DNA of 64,000 nucleotides from Trichoplax adhaerens (Eukaryota > Animalia > Placozoa). The position numbers and the translations under genes are program-made. Of this stretch, positions 54,659 to 64,000 are shown piece by piece (the first letter of the stretch is position 1; every line of letters begins with the position of its first letter). The notes under the pieces are model-generated. The model saw only the letters and a list, made by a program, of their open reading frames with translations, did no database searches and was not told where the DNA came from. The DNA lies in contig NW_002060944.1 in assembly GCF_000150275.1 (NCBI RefSeq), positions 8,012,735 to 8,076,734 on the forward strand. The letters are read 5' to 3'.

Positions 54659-56298
54659 ATGGACCCACTACTAGTATTTGTCTATGGAACTCTAAAAACA
54701 GATGAACCTAATCATTATTTACTAGAAGATCCAAAGACTGGTAAAGCAAAGTTGATCGCTAAAGGTCTGACTGCTGCTCCTTATCCATTAATTGTACACT
54801 CTTGCTACAGTATTCCCGTTATGTTGGATGAGCCTGGTCGCGGCCACGTAAGTCAAGCAAGCCGTACACTATTTGTACTGGATATTGATGCAAATGCTCT
54901 CTTTTCATGTACAATAATGCATCTTGATGTAGTAGTATACTGATGCATACGAGCATCTATGCATGAAATCATTAACATACTGTTCAATGTCTACTCGATG
55001 CAATCAATTTCGTCTTTAATACTGGTTGAACTACAATAAGTACTGTACTTTACATGGTATACAGTATACTGTACATACAATACACTGGACACTGAACAGT
55101 TCTGTCTCTGCAGGCGATATCAAAACTCGATGAAATGATTAAGAACTAGAATGCTGCTATCAAAGTTGTAGACTCATATATAGTTCGCTCATTAATATAC
55201 GCGTATAGCTTAATATACAACAGAGCCTACAGTCTAGCTTATTCTCTAGAAATTCCAGGCCAAATTATGCTCGAATTGAGGGACTCCAGTTTAAGCAGTC
55301 GTTGCTATTCGTACCATTGTATGCATGACTAATTTACTATCCAAGTAGCAGTATCACAGTAAAATGCGTAATTAGGTGTAGTGCTACTTATTGATTTGTA
55401 TTCCAAGTCCTTTGCTTGCTACTCGAATTATATTAAATTCATTCAACTAACTATAACTACGGATATCAGTATGCTAATTTAAAATATCCAGTTTTACACT
55501 CTACATCCCTAGGAAATAGCACTGAACGAGTCGTTTGTGCATGGCAGTGAAAGTGTAAATAACAACGTCGATTACCATTCTGTTATCCACCTACTAAGCC
55601 AACATACTCGTATATCTTGCTTAATACACAGTCCACTAATGTTATTGATTTAAACTTGTGCATGGACATATGAACAAACTCATCAATGTTTACAGTTCTA
55701 ACACAGCGATGCATTAGTTTATACAGTTTGAAAATTATACCTAATTTCAATCAAGGATCATACTGTATTAAAGTGTAACTATAATACCGTATTAACATAC
55801 GTATAGACTTTTATATGCTACGATTTGTCACTTAGACTTTATACTAAAATGCTTGATATTTTAATTTTTCACGAACTGTACTTAAGTATACTATAATCCC
55901 GTATTAATATACGTAAAGACTTTTACAAATATCATTGATATTCTAATTTTTCAATTTACTTATAGATGATAGAAGGCGAGGTATACAGAATCGATAATGA
56001 TATGTTACGAGTTCTGGATCAATTGGAAGGTCATCCTGAATTTTATACGCGAACCATGATTGATATTACATTAACGGAATTAGCTTACTGCGATACAGAA
56101 TTGCCATACAGCCTTAATGATAAAATCCAGTGTCAGGCCTACATTGTCAAGAACTATCGAAAAGATCTTATCAATAACGAACTCTTCACCAGCTATACAA
56201 CTTACCATCCCAATATCAGTCCATACATCCTACACACTGAAAGGCAGGCAGAACTTTCTTATGATGAGCTTGTAAAGTCTGTTCATCAAGACGACTAA
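54659..56298 (+). CDS. GGACT: Gamma-glutamylaminecyclotransferase (AIG2/GGCT-like fold), 2 exons, ~173 aa
   Basis: Exon 1 54659-54847 (MDPLLVFVYGTLKTDEPNH...GRGH, donor GTAAGT) and exon 2 55966-56298 (TAG acceptor; IEGEVY..D..L..LDQLEGHP..Y.R). VFVYGTLK and LD.LEG.P are hallmark GGACT motifs. Confidence 0.9.
55771..55952. repeat. Diverged tandem duplication at the 3' end of the GGACT intron
   Basis: ACTATAAT(A/C)CCGTATTAA(C/T)ATACGTA(T/A)AGACTTTTA and TTGATATT(T/C)TAATTTTTCA each occur twice. Confidence 0.75.
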
Positions 56299-56784
56299 AA
56301 TGATCACTCAAATTCATAGCTTAGCCCCCTGCTATCAATACTTTTCACTGATTAAAATAGTATTTGTAGCCATTTATTTTATTCAGTTTTTAATCTAATT
56401 TGATTTGTATACAATAATGATCTTAACATGACGGGCATCTTTAAATTACTGAAAAGTGAAATTTTAGGTATTGCCGATTGGCAAGCTTGTTTAATGTTAA
56501 CCTAATGAGTATATATATATGCGATCGTAGAAATTCAAGCTATTTAACCTTCAAGTTTTCATCATGTGCTACTTAAGTGTCTTAAAAATTCTTTTAATTG
56601 ACTGCCATGTGATGAACTGTAAACAGTTTCAGTATGATGTATTATAAGCGGCATCGTAAAATAACTCCCAATGAACAAGTTAAAAACCACGATGAATTTG
56701 GTAGCATAATTGTATCAATCTAGTAAATGTTTTACTGTGCGGTCCAACAATGATATAGTAATCTTTCTAGCGATCAAATACTTG

Positions 56785-59700
56785 CTACGCCCAAATATCT
56801 TGACGATAGCGCTTTTCTTTCATCATCGTTAATACTATCTTTGAAGCCTCCTCCTTAGATATACCTTTATTACCCAATTAAGTTGGTACATAAAAAAATA
56901 TTTGTTATCATTGTTGTATAAGGCAGGGGCTTCTCGATTTATTTTTTACTTTGGGGTAAAAAAAAATTGAGAAGTCCTTGTATAAGGATGCTAATCGAAA
57001 ATTGTTATTCCAAATTAGAATTTTTGTCATCGTAAATTGATCACACTCTACCTTTATTACGTTCGATTAAATCGATAATCGTATTCATAACATCCTTGGC
57101 CATTCCTTGGGCATCACTTCAATTTGTTCGTAGAATAAAAATTTATTGGTGTGAACACATGCGTAGATAATTATAGCAGTAGCCCATAGCAAAATCATAG
57201 ATTATTTTTAAATGAATGTGTCATACCCGCAGACATATACTAATGCCGATTCTTCCAATAGAAGCTTCACGACTTTATCAGATTGTTGCCAAAGGCATTC
57301 TTGAACATATCTTGGAAACTTCTCGCTTAAATTTTCTTGCACTTCTCGCGAAAATGCTACATAGTGATGTGTTAGTATCTTTCTATGAAGATATGTATTT
57401 ATGTCATTTCTGTATAACGAAATTAAAAGTAATGAGACAAGGCTTGAAATTATCTCTAATTTAATAAATCCAAAATGATTATATTGACGATTTACTTGTA
57501 TAAATAATCTCGATCTTTATGTCTGCAACCGTAAAATAATAACCAAGAGCCATAATGAGCTGTTTGTGCCATGTCATTCTCTATTAACCACCTGCAAGTA
57601 GAAAGGCATACGATGGATATCCACATTTAAATTTAGCAAATGATACAATTCGGATTAAACGATGTTCGTTGGCAACACATTTAATCAGTAATCCTAGGTA
57701 AGTAATGCGTATACCTGTGCTCCAAAAATCCGACATATGGCGATATCCCAGTACCAGCACCAATCATAATTAAAGGAATGCTCTTATCATTGGGCAAGTT
57801 AAAATTTTGATTCCTTCGGCTACTGATTCCAATCTAACGAAATTATATATTTTTAAGCTAGTTTATTCTTTCAACATGACTTCTTGTTACTAAGTTAATT
57901 TTTGATACGAAGAAATTTGTTACAGTAATAACCTTTACTGTTCCAACATTATTGCCATGCGATAGCTGTGGTGAATGCAGATGTTTCGTTATAGACTGAA
58001 GCCATCCAGAACACAAACCTTCCCTACCAATCAATTGGATCAAGATTAGGTTAGTAAATTTACAACCAGCATGATGCTTAACTATTGCTTAGCCGAAATA
58101 TTACCTTAGCCCCCTTGTAGCGATAGAAGGAGGTAACTGTACAATAGTAAACGCAACTTTCATGATTTTCTTACCCTCGATTGGGGAGCTATTATGATGA
58201 TATCATTACAATTAGCTTAATAGTGTTTAATGCCATTAATAGTGATTTGACCTACTTGACGATAGAGTATGGGCGGGGCTGCAGCCGTGGTAGCAGTTCT
58301 ACTCATGCAGATCGTAGACAAAGTTCGATTACAGAAGATAATATTTCGAGAATATAATTGTCGCATAGTAAAGCAATACCGTACCTATTACTTTAATAAA
58401 TGGTGGCCTACAAGACGGAAACGTGGCCAAAATATCCAGAAAAGAGATAGAAGAATTGCATATTAAATTGGTGTAATCGTTTCCTCCTAATGCATAAAGA
58501 CCATTTATTTATTAGCTTACTTTACTCGATACTACAACCGTATATGTGTACGTGCTATCATATGCAATATTAACTTTCCATGCAACAAATTCATGCTTAA
58601 CCTTCGCGACTAGATAATTGGAGTAATCTTTTCCTCTCGTTTTGATTTTCCGTATACTCTGCTAACATACGTAAAGTAGCCTAGACAAATACAAAATATT
58701 GATATGTTATAGATGTTGCGATGCTCCTTCATCTGGATATCTGTGAAATGAACTAAGACCTTTTTAGGTATGCTTCGTATATCGCAGTGAAACATTAAAG
58801 CTTCTTTTATAGTACAATCTTTGGGAATATGATCAGGAATCTTTGGAACTAAGTATATAAAAGCAAATAGAATGAAAATTCTTTATTTCTCGTAGATCTG
58901 ATCGTTACATATTAATAGAGCTATTATGCTATAGATGCTTACGTCGTTTCTTAGTTTCCGACATAACCCGTAAAGTAAATGTCCTATTACGTATGTCGAT
59001 AAGACCCAACCTATATTGTTAAATATTTAAATTATACCATGACGAATTAATGAATCCATCATAAGAATTGAGAATATAGCTGGTATTATTCAATTTCAGA
59101 TACTTCCAGGAAGATACCTTGAAATAATCCAGTTTACTTCTTCTTCATTATTAGGGCAGAATACATTAATGGAATCTCCCGGTAAAAAATCTATGCTTTC
59201 ATCCTAATTGTTTGATATACGTATATTTAGGATAACTAATATCATCTACAGCACATTAAGAATATGCTATAAATAAAAAATTACAATTACGTTTTGACAG
59301 AGAACTAATTCTAAAACTTTCTTTATGGCATTTTCAGCAGTCAAATATTTCGCTTCCTGAACGTTGGCTAATATTATATCTGTACGAGCTCCTATACATC
59401 TATTTACATAATCGCAACTTGCGGTATTGTCGAGCTATCCGAAATTAAAGAAGGTAACGACAAATATTACAACAAAACTATGATGATTTGACAAGATATC
59501 ATCTATATATGTGTCAGTAATACCATATCAGTATCGGCTTGATCCGTTTCCGATATTTCAATATTTAAATATGGCATTGGTAATGAAGGTAGCTTTAAAT
59601 CTTAGTAATAAATGCGAAAAAATAAATGAATATCACTTAATATTTAGCATGCCGTTGTAATAAATATATAATTTAAAAAATTGCAAACCTTCAGGAAATG

Positions 59701-61838
59701 TCGCATCATACTCTTTCAGTTTTGATTCTAGCTGGATAACTTCATGCATACCAGCTAAAAGCTCTTTAGCGTTTTGTTCCAGAAGCTGTTCTGGTGCAAT
59801 TTTCATTGATTCCGTATTTTCGGAAAGTCGGTCAATCGTGTTATTTAAGGAGTCCTTAGGACTACCTGTGGCATATGTCTCTTCAGTATTAGAAATATTA
59901 CTACTGCCCGATAGGATTTCACTTGCTTTAACTTGATTATCCATACTTATTGGTGATATGGCATCATTAGAACCAGTCGTCGATATATTTACATTATCCT
60001 TCAATTAAAGAACATACCATTATATGATTTACACCCATTGCAGCTCATTCCTTTTATTACTTTCTATACATAAGATGAGAAACTTAATTTCCGTATTATT
60101 GGTACGTAATTGCAATACTTTCTGTAAAGCATCCCATAATCCGTCTTTCCACGGCTCTACAACAATCTCCAACCTATAAGTAGGGGCAAATATTATCATT
60201 ATCAACTTGTAAATAACCCGGTATACACAATGTAATCCTACTAGTACTGTAATAATATAATACCTACCCAACTGCATCATCGGCGCATCCGATTGGATAA
60301 AAACTGCTTGCTCCTAACGTTTCCAGCAGGCCATTCAGCGTTTTACCGCAGTTACAAAAATTGTTGTAATTAGTATCTCCAAGGCCTAACAATTTGCAAA
60401 TCATGTACCATAAAGATGAAAAGAATAATTCAACCATTAAAAATATTTTCACGTGTTTTAGGAACAATAAACGAAAGCAGAAGTGAGCCATTTTTATGAA
60501 AGATTGCTATAACACATACCCAATAGTGCATAAGATAGGTTGGATAAATGATCCTTAGGTACACTTTTACGCTTAAGTTTACGGATAAATTTGCCAGCAT
60601 TATCCGGAGGATCTCCATCACCGGTTGTCGATATGACGAATACTGCTTTCTTGACTTGAGTGATATTAAACTACCCCAGAGCAACATAAGTCCACGTTAG
60701 ACATTTAATCTATTAGTATGTCCTCTTGTGTTCAATTAGATATCATATACCTACGTATAACTTAACGAAATTATGCATCTAATAACAGGCATGGTTCAAA
60801 TATCAATCGATGGTGACATTATAAGCTATCAGGAGGATCTTTTAACACCAGTAGTCGATACGACATACACTATACAATACTACTTTCTTGACTTAACTGG
60901 TATTAAATTGCACAAGAGTGAGATAATCCCATGTAGCTCGTAGAGAACTAATTTACGAGAATTTCTTTGCGCTGAATTATAATTAGATATCATGTACTGT
61001 ACATATTTGCATGTATATATATATATATATATATTGTCGAATTATTTATCTAACAATAGGTATGGTTTAAATAACGGGTAGATTTTCGCAATTAGGCATT
61101 AGTGATAAAATTAAGCCGATTATTAACGTGATTATCGAAATAGATATGAATTATACTGTACCATTGATTGCTAGCTCGATACAGTAAAACTAAAGCTGGA
61201 AAAATAATTTATATCTCATGAAAATTCTCTAGAAAGAGTAACGTAATCTCTATTAGATAATAGCAACATCTATTAGATATGCAGTACAGTAAGTCAAAGT
61301 ACAACTCATTGGAATCCTACAGAACAATGATTTGACCTCAATTAGGATTTCTTAATTCTATAGGATAGACCACGTATAAATTTGAAGTAAATTATGCCTC
61401 ATTCATTAATATACTGTGCATATTATGGATCCCTTTTAGCAATATGACTACATTATACTGTACTATGTACTCGTGTTTTGGAAGGCATTGTACGAGTATA
61501 TGAACGAGTATAGAACTTACTGTATTCAATTGCGAATGCAACATGTCGTTGTTGTGAGTCGGCTAACTACATTACCACTCTATGATTAAACATGACTAGT
61601 CAGGTACTACTAGGTACTACTAGTTCCATTAGGAACTAGCTGCACAGATAAATTCAATCCAAATAGTACTATTTCATCTAGCACTGACCTTTTTATCATG
61701 TTGATCTAAGCAAAGCAACTTGGAGTCGAAATGACGATCAAGGCATTGCTGATAGATATCTTCGGCTATCGTTTGAGCTTGGCCAGTTTGAGAGCCGTAT
61801 AAAACATAAATAGTATCAGCACAACTAAAATTGGACAT
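56785..61838 (-). CDS. MTRR: Methionine synthase reductase (diflavin FMN/FAD/NADPH reductase), ~20 exons
   Basis: Exon 1 61838-61689 encodes [14 protein letters not shown]. Later exons encode [42 protein letters not shown], a long hinge exon (59998-59689), [58 protein letters not shown] and terminal KRYRQDIWA* (stop 56785-56787). ADD.VGLE.VVEPW plus the long hinge favour MTRR over POR or NDOR1. Confidence 0.9.
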
Positions 61839-62364
61839 GGTGATACCTCAAGCATATCCTCTATACGACGCTTAATAAAAGGGTCTTGATTTGAAATGTT
61901 AAAGCAATTTAAGATTTATGCATGGAATTCAACCCGGCAACCATTGAAATCGTTTCTGTGCTGGAGAGTCGTCTAATTCTAATGTTATATAAGCTATACT
62001 ACGGCTGTGCACTGAAGTATACTACATTAGCCTGTCATGGATCAACGCGTGCTACCCATGCAAGAACACAGGTGACGATTCTTTTTCTATGCAAACGACT
62101 GACATCCAACTACTACATGATACAGTATACAGTGCCAAAAATTTTGAACCGGCCGATCCTCTCTGTCCGGCTATCCGGTTACCCCCCATTCATTTTACCG
62201 ACTTGATGTGCTTGGTGTGCGCATCCTCCTTAAGCACTCCCGCCAGATTTCAAGTCAAAAAACAGGATCCTCGACAACATTTTGCCTCAGAGTTAATCCA
62301 TCCAAAACATTCAAAAAGAACTGCTGAAATTAGCTGCGACTAACCCTGGTAGAAATCGAACAAG
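61839..62364. promoter_or_regulatory. Probable bidirectional promoter between MTRR and DNAJC9
   Basis: Head-to-head start codons are 526 bp apart, and GC/CpG is locally raised (62140-62260). Confidence 0.55.
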
Positions 62365-63885
62365 ATGACTTTGCTAGATGATTGCCAAGAGCACTTTGCT
62401 TCTCGCGATCTTTATCAAATAATTGGTGTGGATAAATCGGCAAGTTCATCGGAAGTTAAACGAGCTTACTACAAGTTATCATTGAAAGTCCATCCAGATC
62501 GTGTTGATGAGGTACGGTAAGAATTCGCCGTCCTTCATGTCGATAATAATTACGTAACTATCGTTAATTAGCTATGCCATCATTCTACAGTTCTACAAAC
62601 AGGGTTATCTGCAGTATAAAATGAGTAGTATTGCGGTATTTGTCGCTCTATGCTGTATGAATACTTCTCGATAGGACATTGGTCAATCAACATGATCTAC
62701 AGTACGCGTACGAGTATATAAATAATAATAATATACAGTATAATTAATCTAAAATAAGATTTAGATAAAGTTCGCGTGCAATGCTGCAACCTAGAGGACT
62801 CATTTAGCAGCCTTATTCACTGGTCCACTCAGTGCATTTTTACAGACCAGTTATTTAAATCAGTCTAACCGGAAAGCGTTTTGTTAAATAACAATAAATA
62901 TGATAATGTTAGTGTCTTGATGATATGTACTACTTTCCCCTGAAGTAAATTAGAAAGCAGGGGCAAGAAATAAAATTGCCTCTTATAGTACGTTATTACG
63001 TGACTTATAAATACGTTAATTCAGTCACTATTAGGTATATTGTTAAAGGTAGCCTAGCGGTAGCTATAATTCAACCTAGCGTACTCATAGTAACAAATTC
63101 ACATACAGTTTTTGCCGTACTGCAGGTTGGTTAGCCTTGAATGTCGATGCATTGCTTTGCATATTCTTGATATTGCAGTATAGGTAGTGTACATATTTTA
63201 ACGGAATTCGCAGTCATCAAAATAAATAAAGACATTGAACTGGAAAGTGATAAACAGCAAGAATTAGGATGTTTTTATCTTCTACTATTCCAAGATGCTA
63301 TATCCACTAAATCAAACTATTTATACTACTTTTACTTACAGTACAGTATACCATCAACAAGACCGGAAATAGCTCAATACTTGACTTCTGAATACATTAA
63401 TATAATCATTTTTAGATTTCCTGACAAAAAGTAGACTAGTGCTGGAGTAGCCATTATTTAAGATTAGAATTACGAGATTCTTATGCTATATCAAGCTTAA
63501 GCCAAATTTCCTTAGAAGCACACTCATCGCGTACTAGTGGCATAACACGCGGTCGTATTTTATTATAGTAGCTGCAGTAGACGCAGGGAAATACTCTTTC
63601 AATTTATTGTACACAAGAAGATATAAAAAGGGGTTTGAATAGGGTACATTTACAATTGAATGTAGGGAGAGCGAGAAAGTAGCACCAAGAAATTTCAAGT
63701 ATTAGGTCGGATACACAGTGTATTATCAAACTCTGACGCTAGAGCTCTTTATGATGAATCCGGTGAAATTCTCGATGAAGATCTACCTGAAGCGCAGCAA
63801 GATCGTGACTGGAGCCAGTACTGGCGATTACTATTTCCAAAAATTACTTTAAAAGATATTCAAGAATTCGAAACGAAGTATAGAA
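62365..63885 (+). CDS. DNAJC9: DnaJ homolog subfamily C member 9, 5' part (continues beyond the window)
   Basis: Exon 1 62365-62511 [22 protein letters not shown]...[14 protein letters not shown] contains the J-domain HPD. Exon 2 63666-63885 encodes [29 protein letters not shown]...[28 protein letters not shown], which is DNAJC9-like. Confidence 0.9.
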
Positions 63886-64000
63886 GTATGCTTGCTTGTT
63901 ATAATTTTGTAGAAATTTCACCTCTAATGCTCATCTTCGTGTACACGTGCAAGGAGCTCTGCATCGATTGTCAGTAATTTGTTAAACTTAAACTAAATGA

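Noticed and set aside
1-64000. Prokaryotic systems (CRISPR arrays, operons, defence islands), rRNA and tRNA
   Set aside because: The sequence is spliceosomal-intron-containing eukaryotic DNA. I saw no regularly spaced repeat-spacer array and no tRNA or rRNA signature.

Overview
AT-rich (roughly 30-33% GC by eye) intron-containing animal nuclear DNA, not prokaryotic. Short GT-AG introns and compact genes suggest an early-branching metazoan such as a placozoan (inference only). Positions 1-46,000 contain no protein-coding gene I can recognise. They hold several solo-LTR-like elements (TG...CA ends, 5-6 bp target-site duplications), including one nested inside another and one broken by a ~385-bp micro-inversion, plus many diverged 120-220 bp tandem duplications. 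Positions 46,400-64,000 hold five tightly packed genes that I reconstructed by hand: a C7orf31/SPMIP4-like ciliary microtubule inner protein (+, with an upstream RFX X-box), NHEJ1/XLF (-), GGACT (+), MTRR (-) and the 5' part of DNAJC9 (+). The least explained element is a ~700-nt, GC-richer, extensively self-complementary segment (53608-54305) between the divergent NHEJ1 and GGACT genes. It is a candidate structured ncRNA that matches no family I can name.
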